A program made the position numbers and the translations under genes. A stretch of DNA of 64,000 bases from an uncultured bacterium (GTDB lineage: Bacteria; Eisenbacteria; RBG-16-71-46; CAIMUX01; WJJG01). The notes beneath the pieces were generated by a model. The model searched no databases. It worked only from the letters and a program-made list of their open reading frames with translations, and was not told where the DNA came from. Positions 1-18,473 of this stretch are shown one piece after another (position 1 is the stretch's first letter; each line of letters begins with the position of its first letter). The stretch lies in contig CAYZWI010000003.1 of the NCBI GenBank assembly GCA_964482205.1, forward strand, positions 8,969 through 72,968. The letters run 5' to 3'.

Positions 1-292
1 CGGTGCGCCGTCCGGGCTTCACTTCCACGGGGACCTGATAGGTCGCGCCGCCGACTCGCCGCGACTTCACTTCGAGATTCGGCTTGGCGTTGTTGACCGC
101 CGCGGTCATCACCGTGAGACCGTCCTGCTTCGTCTTCTCGCCCAGGATGTCGATCGCGTCGTACAGGATCCGCTCCGCGACGCTGCGCTTGCCGCGCCGC
201 ATGAGATAATTGATGAACGTGGTCACCAGCACGCTTTCGTGCTTGGGATCGGGGACCAGATCGCGCTTGGAATATCTCGCCCTTCTCGGCAT
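1..292 (-). CDS. rpsG: 30S ribosomal protein S7 (3' end runs off the window)
   Basis: Manual translation from ATG 292: MPRRARYSKRDLVPDPK...LEVKSRRVGGATYQVPVEVKP, the S7 signature; directly follows rpsL. Not in the ORF track. Confidence 0.97.
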   Translation of the reverse strand, partial: MPRRARYSKRDLVPDPKHESVLVTTFINYLMRRGKRSVAERILYDAIDILGEKTKQDGLTVMTAAVNNAKPNLEVKSRRVGGATYQVPVEVKPGRRT

Positions 293-315
293 CTCGCTCT
301 CCGCTGGCGCCCGCC

Positions 316-705
316 TTACGCGGCCGCGCCGCCCTTCTTGGGCCTCTTCGCGCCGTATTTCGAACGACTCTGGCGACGGCTTTCCACCCCGCTCGCGTCC
401 AGGGTCCCGCGGATGATGTGATAGCGCACTCCGGGGAGATCCTTCACGCGCCCGCCGCGGATCAACACCATCGAGTGCTCCTGCAGATTGTGCCCCTCGC
501 CGGGAATGTAGGCGGTCACTTCGATGCCGTTCGTCAAACGAACTCGCGCCACTTTGCGCATCGCGGAGTTGGGCTTCTTGGGAGTCGTCGTGTACACGCG
601 CGTGCAGACGCCCCGCTTCTGCGGGCAGTTCTTCAACGCCGGGGCGGATGTCTTCGCCTGAATGCGCCGCCGGCCCTGGCGCACCAGTTGGTTGAGTGTG
701 GGCAC
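316..705 (-). CDS. rpsL: 30S ribosomal protein S12
   Basis: [22 protein letters not shown] and [15 protein letters not shown] motifs; GTG start with upstream GGAG. Confidence 0.99.
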   Translation of the reverse strand: MPTLNQLVRQGRRRIQAKTSAPALKNCPQKRGVCTRVYTTTPKKPNSAMRKVARVRLTNGIEVTAYIPGEGHNLQEHSMVLIRGGRVKDLPGVRYHIIRGTLDASGVESRRQSRSKYGAKRPKKGGAAA

Positions 706-799
706 TCCTATAGCTCCTTGCGATTCCCTCTGGATGGTACCCTCGACCGCAGGCGGACGAAATCCGTCCCAAACCCGTGGTCAGACGCACGAAACGGAG

Positions 800-828
800 A
801 TTCTACCGGCCCAGACTTCCTCTGTCAA
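800..828 (-). promoter_or_regulatory. sigma70-type promoter for rpsL-rpsG (str operon)
   Basis: Minus strand TTGACA (828-823), 17 bp, TAGAAT (805-800); lies 5 bp past the rpoC stop. Confidence 0.85.
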
Positions 829-833
829 CCCGC

Positions 834-5228
<4,395 letters not shown>

Positions 5229-5270
5229 GGGCGTTTGTTCCTCCCGTCTAGCGGGCGTTGCCGGCGGCCG

Positions 5271-9143
<3,873 letters not shown>

Positions 9144-9412
9144 GGTTTCACCTTCCTGCTCTGTGATGAGCTGCTCGAAGTTTCAAGAAAGGACCGGCCG
9201 AGGGGAAGCGAACGCCGCGCACCGGACTCCGTCCGGCCGCGGCCGCACACACACCTGCTAGCGGAAGGTTCCCCTGCGGCCCAAGGCCACCGAACCCCGC
9301 CGGCTCAGGAAGGCGCCGCCCGGGGCGGCTCCATCCCCGCCGACACGAGGTCGCGGGTTCGTCCGTGGGATGATCACGCCAACCGGTTTCTCTTGGGTTG
9401 AGGACAGCGGCC

Positions 9413-9439
9413 GGCGCCGAAGCGTTTCGCCCCGGCGCC
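9413..9439 (-). promoter_or_regulatory. GC-rich stem-loop in the rplL-rpoB spacer (possible pause, attenuator or processing site)
   Basis: GGCGCCGGGGCG-AAA-CGCTTCGGCGCC forms a 12-bp stem with G-U pairs; no U-tract. Confidence 0.35.
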
Positions 9440-9466
9440 CTCCGCCAAACCACGCCGTTCCCGCTG

Positions 9467-9850
9467 CTACTTGATCTCGACGGAAGCGCCGACCTCTTCC
9501 AGTCTCGCCTTCAACTGGTCGGCCTCCTCGCGCGAAACCTTCTCCTTCACGGGCTTGGGCGCCGCATCCACCAGGTCCTTGGCCTCTTTCAGGCCGAGGG
9601 CCGTGATCTCGCGCACGACCCGGATGACCTGGATCTTCTGCTGCCCGATGCCCGTCAGGATCACATCGAACTCGGTCTGGACCACCTCTTCGGCCGCCGC
9701 AGCCGTGGGAGCGGCCGCCGCCATCGCCATCATGGGCGCGGCCGCGGTCACGCCGAATTCCTCTTCGATCGCCTTCACCAGCTGGGACAGATCCACCATG
9801 GAAGCCTGGCGCACCCAGTTGAGGACGTCTTCTCTCGTCATCTCCGCCAT
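9467..9850 (-). CDS. rplL: 50S ribosomal protein L7/L12
   Basis: [40 protein letters not shown] motifs. Confidence 0.99.
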   Translation of the reverse strand: MAEMTREDVLNWVRQASMVDLSQLVKAIEEEFGVTAAAPMMAMAAAAPTAAAAEEVVQTEFDVILTGIGQQKIQVIRVVREITALGLKEAKDLVDAAPKPVKEKVSREEADQLKARLEEVGASVEIK

Positions 9851-10048
9851 CTCTCTCTTCCTCCCTACCTCGCTCGCGCGGCGCCGCGCCGCATGGCCTG
9901 CCTCGCGGCGTCCGCCACGCGCGCCGCTCGCGCCGCGCGCTGCCTCAGCCGTTCTTCCTTCCGCCTCGTCTCGCTGCGTTCACCCGTCGCTTGACCTGGA
10001 TGGGAGAAGCTCCCGGGTTGAGAGACCCGGGCACCACCCACAGCCGGC

Positions 10049-10630
10049 TCAGGCAGCCTCGCCTTTCCTCTTCGCCACCTGGTCGAGAACGCTGGCCAGA
10101 TCGCGCGCGGGCGCGACCAGCACGCGCGCGAACCCGGAGAGAGTCCCCTGCATCGCGCGCAGCAGATTGCCGAGCAGCACTTCGCGCGTCGGCAGATTGG
10201 CGAGGCCTTGAATCTCCGCCTCGCCGAAGGCCCGTCCCTCGACCAATGCCCCCTTCACGCGGGGCATCTTGTACTGCTTGAGGAAATCCATGAGCACGCG
10301 CGCGGGCGCGATCTCGTCGACCTTGCTGGTCGCGATCGCGGTCGGGCCGTGCAGCGGGGGCAGGGCGTCGCCCTGGCCCACTTCCGCGGCCGCCCGGCGC
10401 AGCATCGTGTTCTTCACCACTTCGAAGCCGACATCGGCCTGACGGCAGCGCTTGCGCAGCTCGGAGATCACCTCCACCGTCATGCCCTGAAAATCCGCCA
10501 GGTACACGCCCTTCGCGTCGCGCAGGATCTCCTGGATCAACGCGACCTGGGCGACCTTCTCTTCGCGCGGCTCCGCGGTCCGGCCTTTGCTTTCCATCTT
10601 GGTACCCGTCGCCTTTCCTTCGCTGCCCAT
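10049..10630 (-). CDS. rplJ: 50S ribosomal protein L10 (start uncertain: ATG 10630 or 10597)
   Basis: DFQGMTV..ISELRK, VVKNTML, LANLPTREVLL motifs; position between rplA and rplL. Confidence 0.97.
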   Translation of the reverse strand: MGSEGKATGTKMESKGRTAEPREEKVAQVALIQEILRDAKGVYLADFQGMTVEVISELRKRCRQADVGFEVVKNTMLRRAAAEVGQGDALPPLHGPTAIATSKVDEIAPARVLMDFLKQYKMPRVKGALVEGRAFGEAEIQGLANLPTREVLLGNLLRAMQGTLSGFARVLVAPARDLASVLDQVAKRKGEAA

Positions 10631-10683
10631 CCTCAACCGCCCTTCGCCGGCCGCGCCTGTCCGCGCGCCGGAGTCCGGCCGGA

Positions 10684-11379
10684 CTACACCTTCACCACTT
10701 CCGCGGGATCGACGCGAATGCCGGGGCCCATCGTCGAGGCGAGGCCCACGGTGCGCATGTAGGAACCCTTCGCGGCGGCCGGGCGCAAGCGCACGACCTC
10801 CGCGAGAAAGACGCGAATGTTCTCTTCGAGCTTGCTCGCGTCGAAGGAGGCTTTGCCGACGGGCACGTGCAGATTGCCGCCCTTGTCGACGCGGAATTCG
10901 ATCTTGCCGCCCTTCGCGTCGCGCACCGCCTTGGCGACATCGAAGGTCACCGTGCCCGCCTTGGGATTGGGCATCAGACCGCGCGGCCCGAGCACGCGGC
11001 CGAGCTTGCCGACCTCGGACATCATGTCGGGGGTCGCGACCGCGCGCTCGAAATCGATGAACCCTTCGCGCACTCTCTCGACGACATCCTCCGCGCCGGC
11101 GACATCGGCGCCCGCTTCGAGCGCCTCCTTGATCTTGTCGCCCTTCGCGAAGACGAGCACGCGCACCGTCTTGCCCGTGCCGTGCGGCAGGATCACCGTT
11201 CCGCGGACCATCTGGTCGGCGTACTTGGGATCGACGCCCAGGCGGGCCGAGACTTCGATGGTCTCATCGAACTTGGCGGTCGCGTGGCGCTTGACGAATT
11301 CCACCGCTTCGGTGAGCGATGGAGCCTGGAGCTTGACCTTGGCTTCCGAGGCAGCGCGATACCGTTTGCCGTGTCTCAT
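10684..11379 (-). CDS. rplA: 50S ribosomal protein L1
   Basis: [30 protein letters not shown]; ATG 11379 with SD GGGAGA preferred over the ORF-track start. Confidence 0.99.
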   Translation of the reverse strand: MRHGKRYRAASEAKVKLQAPSLTEAVEFVKRHATAKFDETIEVSARLGVDPKYADQMVRGTVILPHGTGKTVRVLVFAKGDKIKEALEAGADVAGAEDVVERVREGFIDFERAVATPDMMSEVGKLGRVLGPRGLMPNPKAGTVTFDVAKAVRDAKGGKIEFRVDKGGNLHVPVGKASFDASKLEENIRVFLAEVVRLRPAAAKGSYMRTVGLASTMGPGIRVDPAEVVKV

Positions 11380-11486
11380 GGCGTCTCCCGACCCTCGCGG
11401 GTCTCCCTCTGTGGACATGCGACCGGCCGACTCGAGGTGGAATCGGAACCGGCGGCGCGAGAGCTTCGCCCCCGCGCGGCGGAAAA

Positions 11487-11912
11487 CTACTCGGCGATCT
11501 CGATGCCCATGCTGCGCGCGGTGCCCTCGACCATGCGCATCGCCGCTTCCACGCTGGCGGAGTTCAAATCCACGGCCTTCAATTCCGCGATCGCGCGCAC
11601 TTGCTCGCGCGTCACTTGCCCGACCTTGTTGCGATTCGGCTCGCCCGAACCCTTGGCCAGGCTGGCCGCCTTCTTCAATAGCACCGCGGCGGGCGGCGTC
11701 TTGGTGATGAAGGTGAAGCTGCGGTCCTTGTAGATCGTGATCACGACCGGAATGATCAGGCCACTTTCCTTCTGCGTGCGCGCATTGAACGCCTTGCAGA
11801 ACTCCATGATGTTGACCTGGTGCGTGCCCAGGGCCGGGCCGACCGGGGGAGCCGGGCTCGCGTTGCCGGCCGCCAGTTGGAGCTTGACCGTCGCGACTAC
11901 TTCCTTCGCCAT
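11487..11912 (-). CDS. rplK: 50S ribosomal protein L11
   Basis: [29 protein letters not shown] motifs. Confidence 0.99.
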   Translation of the reverse strand: MAKEVVATVKLQLAAGNASPAPPVGPALGTHQVNIMEFCKAFNARTQKESGLIIPVVITIYKDRSFTFITKTPPAAVLLKKAASLAKGSGEPNRNKVGQVTREQVRAIAELKAVDLNSASVEAAMRMVEGTARSMGIEIAE

Positions 11913-11925
11913 CTGCTTGTCTCCG

Positions 11926-12831
11926 TTAGATCGTCGTCACCTGGGCGATGTCGAGCTCGACCGCGGTCGGGCGCCCGAAGATGGACACCATCACCCGCAA
12001 CTTGCCGCGCTCGGGATTGATCTCGTCGACGGTGCCCACCCAATCGGCGAAGGGCCCGTCCATGATCTTCACGCTCTCGCCGACCTTGAAGGGCACTTCG
12101 GTCGTGACCGTGCCCTTTTCTTTGACTTCCTGGCCGCGGATGCGCCGCAGTTCGACATCGGTGAGGGGAGCCGTGTTGCGATCGCCGCCGACGAAGCTCG
12201 TCACTCCGGGAATGTTCTGCACGAGCGCGCGGGTCTCGTCGTTCATCACCATTTCGAGCAGCACATAGCTCGGGAAGGTCTTGCGCTTGGTGATCCGCTT
12301 CTTGCCGCCCTTCATGACCGCGAAGTCGTCGGTCGGCACGAGGATCTCGCCGAACATGTCCTGCATGCGGTTGTATTGGATGGCCCGCTCGAGGTTCGCC
12401 TTGACCTTGTTCTCGTGGCCGGAATAGGTGTGCACCACATACCACCGCTTGCGCGGAGCGGTTCCGGCGGTCGCGCCCGCGTCCGCCGGCGCAGTCTCCG
12501 GGGACGCCGCGGCGGCGTCGGCTTCCGCCGTGGAAGGGGCCGACGCGCGCGAGGACGCCCGTGCGCGGGCACGCGCTGCGGCGCTCGCGGCGGGAACGGC
12601 GGCTGCCGGCGCCGAGGGCTCGCTCGCGGGCCCTCCCGCGGCTTCGCGCTCGACCCGCTCCGCTACCGGCTCGGTCGACTCCTCCGCGGCCGCCAAACCG
12701 GAGGCCACCTCTTCGGCCGAAGGCTTGTCGTCCTTCTCGTCCGCCCGCTCGCCGGGCCCGCCGGCGGACTCGCCGTCCCCGGCTTCGTCGGCGCGGAACA
12801 GCCGCGAGAATCTTTCGTCCTGCTCAGTCAC
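11926..12831 (-). CDS. nusG: Transcription factor NusG with a ~125 aa Ala/Glu-rich N-terminal extension
   Basis: [26 protein letters not shown] domain [22 protein letters not shown]; GTG start with SD GGAG. Confidence 0.97.
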   Translation of the reverse strand: MTEQDERFSRLFRADEAGDGESAGGPGERADEKDDKPSAEEVASGLAAAEESTEPVAERVEREAAGGPASEPSAPAAAVPAASAAARARARASSRASAPSTAEADAAAASPETAPADAGATAGTAPRKRWYVVHTYSGHENKVKANLERAIQYNRMQDMFGEILVPTDDFAVMKGGKKRITKRKTFPSYVLLEMVMNDETRALVQNIPGVTSFVGGDRNTAPLTDVELRRIRGQEVKEKGTVTTEVPFKVGESVKIMDGPFADWVGTVDEINPERGKLRVMVSIFGRPTAVELDIAQVTTI

Positions 12832-12899
12832 GAATTCTCCATCCTGGCTTCTGCGATGATTTCCTCTCCGCTCGCGCGCGTGGGCGCCGGACGGGAGTC

Positions 12900-13100
12900 T
12901 CAGGTGCCGACGCGGATCAGGAAGGTGATCGCCGTATTCAGGATAAGATCGACCACCCAGATGAAGGCGGTGATGATCAGCACCGAGATGATCACGACCG
13001 TGGTCGACTCGCGCAGCTCCGACAGCGACGGCCAGGTGATCTTGCGCATCTCCACCATGACTTCGTGGAGGAACTTCTTGATCTTGTCGAACGCGTTCAT
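12900..13100 (-). CDS. secE: Preprotein translocase SecE
   Basis: EMRKITWPS..EL..ST.VVI motif plus one TM helix; directly before nusG. Confidence 0.97.
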   Translation of the reverse strand: MNAFDKIKKFLHEVMVEMRKITWPSLSELRESTTVVIISVLIITAFIWVVDLILNTAITFLIRVGT

Positions 13101-13172
13101 GGGTCGCTCCGCTTCGGATGCCCGCTCCCGCGCGGGGGCCTCATCCTTCCCGAGGCCGGCCCGCCCGGCCCG

Positions 13173-13331
13173 CTACCTCGTCTCCTTGTGCACCGTGTGA
13201 CGCCGATCGTGCGGACAGTACTTGCGATACTCGACGCGATCGGGGTGCTTGCGCTTGTTCTTGGTCGTCGTGTAATTGCGGCGCTTGCATTCCGCGCACG
13301 CCAGGATGATCAGTTCTCGTTGGGCTGCCAC
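13173..13331 (-). CDS. rpmG: 50S ribosomal protein L33 (52 aa; CxxC...CxxD form)
   Basis: Manual translation GTG 13331 to TAG 13173: [52 protein letters not shown]; below the ORF-track cut-off. Confidence 0.97.
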   Translation of the reverse strand: MAAQRELIILACAECKRRNYTTTKNKRKHPDRVEYRKYCPHDRRHTVHKETR

Positions 13332-13368
13332 GCTTCACCCGCCCTTCTCATGCGCCCACCGGCGCCCG

Positions 13369-14559
<1,191 letters not shown>

Positions 14560-14680
14560 GCGTCTCGCTCCTCCTCACATTGCGCGGCGGCGTCCGTGCC
14601 GCCCGGCGCCCCTACCGGGTGCGCCGCCCGCCGCGCGCGGCCTGCTTTCTTCCGGTTCCGGCAACCTCGTGCAGGAACTG

Positions 14681-14753
14681 AGCCCGCGAGCAGAATTGAA
14701 CTGCTGACCTATTGCTTACCATGCAATTGCTCTACCGACTGAGCTACGCGGGC
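14681..14753 (-). tRNA. tRNA-Thr(GGU)
   Basis: Cloverleaf: acceptor GCCCGCG/CGCGGGC, anticodon arm ATTGC-ATGGTAA-GCAAT, T loop TTCAATT; CCA not encoded. Confidence 0.95.
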
Positions 14754-14766
14754 CTGCGACTCTCTG

Positions 14767-14840
14767 AGCGGGAAACGGGATTCGAACCCGCGACCCTCAG
14801 CTTGGAAGGCTGATGCTCTAACCAACTGAGCTACTCCCGC
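14767..14840 (-). tRNA. tRNA-Gly(UCC)
   Basis: GCGGGAG...TCAGC-CTTCCAA-GCTGA...GGTTCGAATCC...TTCCCGC-T; CCA not encoded. Confidence 0.96.
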
Positions 14841-14887
14841 TGGCCGACGATCGAACTGCGCCTTCCGGGTCGGATCGATCGTCACTG

Positions 14888-14970
14888 TGGCGGGGGAAGG
14901 ATTCGAACCTTCGAAGCCGTTCGGCGACAGATTTACAGTCTGTTCCCTTTGACCACTCGGGAACCCCGCC
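14888..14970 (-). tRNA. tRNA-Tyr(GUA)
   Basis: GGCGGGG...ACAGA-CTGTAAA-TCTGT, long variable arm, GGTTCGAATCC; CCA not encoded. Confidence 0.96.
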
Positions 14971-15064
14971 ACGACACTCGGAACGAACGCGCCCCATTGT
15001 GAAAGCGCGCTCTCGGGCAGTTTCTCCATTGGCGGAAGACCGCCGCAGCGCGTCTCGGCGGCAA

Positions 15065-15137
15065 AGCTGGCGAAGGGATTCGAACCCCTGACCTGCTGAT
15101 TACAAATCAGCTGCTCTACCAACTGAGCTACGCCAGC
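15065..15137 (-). tRNA. tRNA-Thr(UGU)
   Basis: GCTGGCG...GCTGA-TTTGTAA-TCAGC...GGTTCGAATCC...CGCCAGC-T; classic Thr-Tyr-Gly-Thr-tuf order. Confidence 0.96.
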
Positions 15138-15274
15138 CAAGCGTATCGACTCGCACGGCTAGGCCGCGGAGGTCCCGCTCACAACCTCCTTGTTCCGAAA
15201 ACTCAAGCCTTTGATTCGAGGGGAGAATCCCCTGCCGCGAGGCGTAGCTCGCCCGGTCAGCTTCAAAGCGACGA

Positions 15275-15304
15275 ATGTTACGCGCCCCAGGAGGGATCGG
15301 TCAA
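15275..15304 (-). promoter_or_regulatory. sigma70-type promoter for the tRNA-tuf operon
   Basis: Minus strand TTGACC (15304-15299), 18 bp, TAACAT (15280-15275), with an A-run upstream. Confidence 0.65.
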
Positions 15305-15440
15305 GACGGTTTTTGCCATGGCATGGCCGTTTTAGCGGCTTCCCAGAGGAATGGTCGACCGGCGCACGCAGACCTTTACACAGGCGGCCGCAGATGTTTC
15401 CCCGGCCTGGCGGGGCCGGAAGCCCCCCTGGCGCGGAGCC

Positions 15441-16565
15441 TCATACCGGACCCGGCCCCGGGTGCGGTTCCATTGCCGACCGGCAGGCCTTCTCGAGCAG
15501 CTCCCCAAAGCCGATGCCCACCGCCTGGGCCGCTTTTGGAAGGAGGCTCGAACCCGTAAGCCCAGGAATGGTATTGATTTCCAGGCATTGCGGCGGGCCG
15601 TCCGGAGCCAGGCGGTAGTCGATGCGCGCCATGCCGCGGCACCCCAGCGTCTGGTAGAACCTGGCGGCCCCATCATTAATCATTCGTTCGACATGGGCCG
15701 GAAGGTCGGCCGGCACCTGGTAGGAGGTCTTCCCGGAGGTGTACTTGTTGCGGAAGTCGTAGAAACCTTCGGCCGGGATGATTTCGACGACCGGAAGCAC
15801 TCGCCCGTCGAACACTCCCACGGTCAGCTCCCTCCCTTCAATGTACTTCTCCACAAGGAGTTGCATGCCCAGACCGGAGGACCCCAGCCCCTCCGTGTCC
15901 GGACGGGACGCATCCCACAAGGCCGCTTCCCACTCGCCCGGGTCGGAGACGATCGACACTCCGACGGAACTCCCTTCCCTTATAGGTTTTACGACCGCAG
16001 GCAGCCCGCCGAGGGCGGTCGCCTTCAAGGCCGTTGCAGGCATGGGCGGAGTGCCTTCCCGTGGAACGGGCACCAGCATCCAGGCCGGCGTTTCGATCCC
16101 GATCGCCCGCATGATCAACTTGGACAAGTGCTTGTCCATGGCGATCCCGCTCGCGGTCGGACCTGAGCCGGTGTACGGGAAGCCGGCCGCCTCGAGGAGG
16201 GCCTGGATGGTGCCGTCTTCGCCCACGCCTCCGTGAAGGGCGAGAAAGGCGACATCCGCTTCGCTTCGCATGGCCTCCGCGGCCGCTAGCAATCGCCGGG
16301 CCCAGCCTTGTCCTTCCGTCGCCGCGCCGGCCGTCTCTCGGGCCGCCTCGCCGGTCCCGATTCCCCCCCCGCGCTCCAAGGCCTCTTCCCGCTTCGCGAG
16401 GCGGGCGCCGCGGGTGGAGAGCGCGGGCAGGAAGCGGCCGTCGCGCAATTCATAGGCGTGGACTTCGTGCCCTCGTTCCTGAAGAGCCGCGGCCACCGCT
16501 TTGCCCGACTGCATCGAGATCTCGCGCTCGCTCGTCCATCCTCCCATGATCACCCACACTCGCAT
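15441..16565 (-). CDS. ddl: D-alanine--D-alanine ligase
   Basis: True start ATG 16565 (MRVWVIMGGWTSEREISMQSG) inside the long ORF-track frame; LHGGVGEDG, GSSVG, FYDFRNKY, LEINTIPGLT motifs. Confidence 0.96.
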   Translation of the reverse strand: MRVWVIMGGWTSEREISMQSGKAVAAALQERGHEVHAYELRDGRFLPALSTRGARLAKREEALERGGGIGTGEAARETAGAATEGQGWARRLLAAAEAMRSEADVAFLALHGGVGEDGTIQALLEAAGFPYTGSGPTASGIAMDKHLSKLIMRAIGIETPAWMLVPVPREGTPPMPATALKATALGGLPAVVKPIREGSSVGVSIVSDPGEWEAALWDASRPDTEGLGSSGLGMQLLVEKYIEGRELTVGVFDGRVLPVVEIIPAEGFYDFRNKYTSGKTSYQVPADLPAHVERMINDGAARFYQTLGCRGMARIDYRLAPDGPPQCLEINTIPGLTGSSLLPKAAQAVGIGFGELLEKACRSAMEPHPGPGPV

Positions 16566-16576
16566 CGCTCTTCCTT

Positions 16577-18244
16577 TCACTCGCGACTGGGTGCGCTCTT
16601 CAAGAGCACGCCGCTTTCCGGTTGACGATCCTGATTCGCGCACGTCACGCGAATGGCGGGCTGATCCTGGATCACGCAAACGGTCTCGCACGCTCCGCAG
16701 CCGATGCACAGCGCCGGGTCGACATGCGGTTGCTTGACCGTGCGCGTTTCTCCCGCGCGCGTGGTCACCGCGACTTCGCTGTACCAAATCGCTTTGCGAG
16801 GCAGCGGGCAATGCTCCTCGCACACGATGCATTCGCGCTGGAAGGCGTGCGGCAGACAGCGAGACGGGTCGATGAAGGCCAGCCCGATGCGCACGCGGTT
16901 CTTCTCTTCGGGGGAGAGGCGGCGGATCGCGTGCGTCGGACAGACCTGCCCGCACAGCGTGCACGAGTATTCGCAATATCCGATTCGCGGAACGAGACGC
17001 GGCGTCCACATGCCCTCCAGCCCGGCCTCGAGAAAGGTGGGCTGCAGTCCGTTCGTCAAGCAGACCTTCATGCATTCGCCGCAGCGCAGGCAGCGTTCGA
17101 GGAATTCCCTTTCGGGCAGCGATCCCGGCGGGCGGATGAGATCGGGATGCGTGCGCGCTTCGCTGGTCGAGAGCCGCATCAAGGGAACCGCGGCGAGGCC
17201 GGTGAAGCCCGCGAGCAGGAAGTGACGCCGGCTGAGCTCGAGGCCCGGATGCGCGCGTTCCTCTCCCGACGACGCGCGCGCGGGCGTGGCGGGCGAGGCG
17301 TTGCGCGAGCGGCGGAAGATGCGCCCGGCGGCGCGATGCGCCTCCATCCACGCGGGACGAGCGAACGCGAAGCGCAATCCCTGAGGGCAGACCGACACGC
17401 AATTGCCGCACACCAGGCATTCCGACGCCCGCCACTTGCCCGGCACTTCGGGATCGGCCGCTCCCTGGCAGGAGAAGGTGCAACGACGGCAAGCCGAGCA
17501 ATCCTCGCGCTGTTGCACGCGAAAGAGGCCCGCGCGCGCGGCGCAACCGAGCAGCGCCCCCAGCGGGCAGAGCGTGCGGCACCAGAAGCGCGGACGCGCG
17601 AAGGCCGCGCCGAGAATCGCGAGAAAGACGAGACCGATCAGCAGGCTTTGATGGAAGTGGGGCGCATGGAAATTCAAGAGCTGCCCCTGCAGCCATTCGA
17701 ACACCGGCTCGCTCACCTTCGCGATCCCGAGCGGATTGGCGCGATACAGCGCCTCGAACACCGGTCGCACCGCGTGCTCGAGCGCCGGAAGGGCCACCAG
17801 GCCCAGCGAACGGATGAAGATCGAGAGCGGATCGAAGACCGCGCTCCACGAAAGACCGAAGACGGCCGCGACGAGTAGCGCGAAGAGCAGGTAGAACTTG
17901 ATTTTTTGCGACGGCCGCCAGCGATTCTTCTCGACGGTCTCGGGCCGCGGCCTGCGCGGAACCTTGCTCGCGATCTGGATCAGGGTCCCCATCGGGCAAA
18001 TCCATCCGCAGAAAGAGCGGCCGAGGACGAAAGCGAGCGCGAGCGTGACGGCGCCGAGCCACAAGAGGCCGGGCACCGCGCCGGTCGCAAGCAGGGTCGA
18101 GAGGAAATGCAGCGGATCGATCTCGAGGAGGATCTTGACGGGACGGCCGATCTCGTCGTCGCCGTGATACTGCGTGCCGACCAGAAGCAGCAGGAAGAGC
18201 AGGAACGCGAGCGTTTGAACGACCATCCGAATCCGCCGCGTCAT
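16577..18244 (-). CDS. Membrane polyferredoxin: NapH/MauN-like TM domain fused to a NapG/MauM-like multi-[4Fe-4S] domain
   Basis: GRSFCGWICPMG and WCRTLCPLG (NapH-like); repeated CxxCxxCxxxCP/CL clusters; IRPPG; start ATG 18244. Confidence 0.85.
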   Translation of the reverse strand: MTRRIRMVVQTLAFLLFLLLLVGTQYHGDDEIGRPVKILLEIDPLHFLSTLLATGAVPGLLWLGAVTLALAFVLGRSFCGWICPMGTLIQIASKVPRRPRPETVEKNRWRPSQKIKFYLLFALLVAAVFGLSWSAVFDPLSIFIRSLGLVALPALEHAVRPVFEALYRANPLGIAKVSEPVFEWLQGQLLNFHAPHFHQSLLIGLVFLAILGAAFARPRFWCRTLCPLGALLGCAARAGLFRVQQREDCSACRRCTFSCQGAADPEVPGKWRASECLVCGNCVSVCPQGLRFAFARPAWMEAHRAAGRIFRRSRNASPATPARASSGEERAHPGLELSRRHFLLAGFTGLAAVPLMRLSTSEARTHPDLIRPPGSLPEREFLERCLRCGECMKVCLTNGLQPTFLEAGLEGMWTPRLVPRIGYCEYSCTLCGQVCPTHAIRRLSPEEKNRVRIGLAFIDPSRCLPHAFQRECIVCEEHCPLPRKAIWYSEVAVTTRAGETRTVKQPHVDPALCIGCGACETVCVIQDQPAIRVTCANQDRQPESGVLLKSAPSRE

Positions 18245-18391
18245 CGCTTCTCTCCCGGGAGCGAAAACCGCCTGCCGGCAGGCTGCGCGCACGCGCCTCG
18301 CGCCGGAAGCGGAGGGACTGCCGGCATCCACCCTCCTGCGCGAGGGTGGGCGCGCACATCCTCGTCGCGCCGTTGTGATCCTGGGCGCGAG

Positions 18392-18421
18392 AGCCTAGTC
18401 TTCGCGCAGCGGCGGCGTCAA
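18392..18421 (-). promoter_or_regulatory. sigma70-type promoter for the polyferredoxin-ddl unit
   Basis: Minus strand TTGACG (18421-18416), 18 bp, TAGGCT (18397-18392). Confidence 0.65.
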
Positions 18422-18444
18422 TGCGTGAAGCGCATTCCGAACGC

Positions 18445-18473
18445 TTGGCAGAGACCCCTTTCCACCCTAGGCT
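18445..18473 (+). promoter_or_regulatory. sigma70-type promoter for the S9 peptidase
   Basis: TTGGCA (18445-50), 17 bp, TAGGCT (18468-73). Confidence 0.65.

Noticed and set aside
11380-11486. L1 autogenous binding site in the rplK-rplA spacer (GGGAG-ACCC-GCGA-GGGT)
   Set aside because: A GNRA hairpin is present, but I could not match the second strand of the L1 internal loop; needs a covariance-model search.
14714-14725. A32 in the tRNA-Thr(GGU) anticodon loop as an anomaly
   Set aside because: CATGGTAAG loops are, to my knowledge, common in bacterial Thr(GGU) tRNAs.
14709-15140. 143 aa ORF across the tRNA cluster
   Set aside because: It is a translation of tRNA genes, not a protein.
15700-15760. 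Ddl as a Van-type D-Ala-D-Lac ligase
   Set aside because: The omega loop reads FYDFRNKY, keeping the Tyr equivalent to E. coli DdlB Y216; no van cluster nearby.
15141-16230. tRNA-anchored genomic island or prophage
   Set aside because: The atypical DNA lies at the 5' side of the tRNA operon, encodes part of an intact housekeeping gene, and has no integrase or att duplication.
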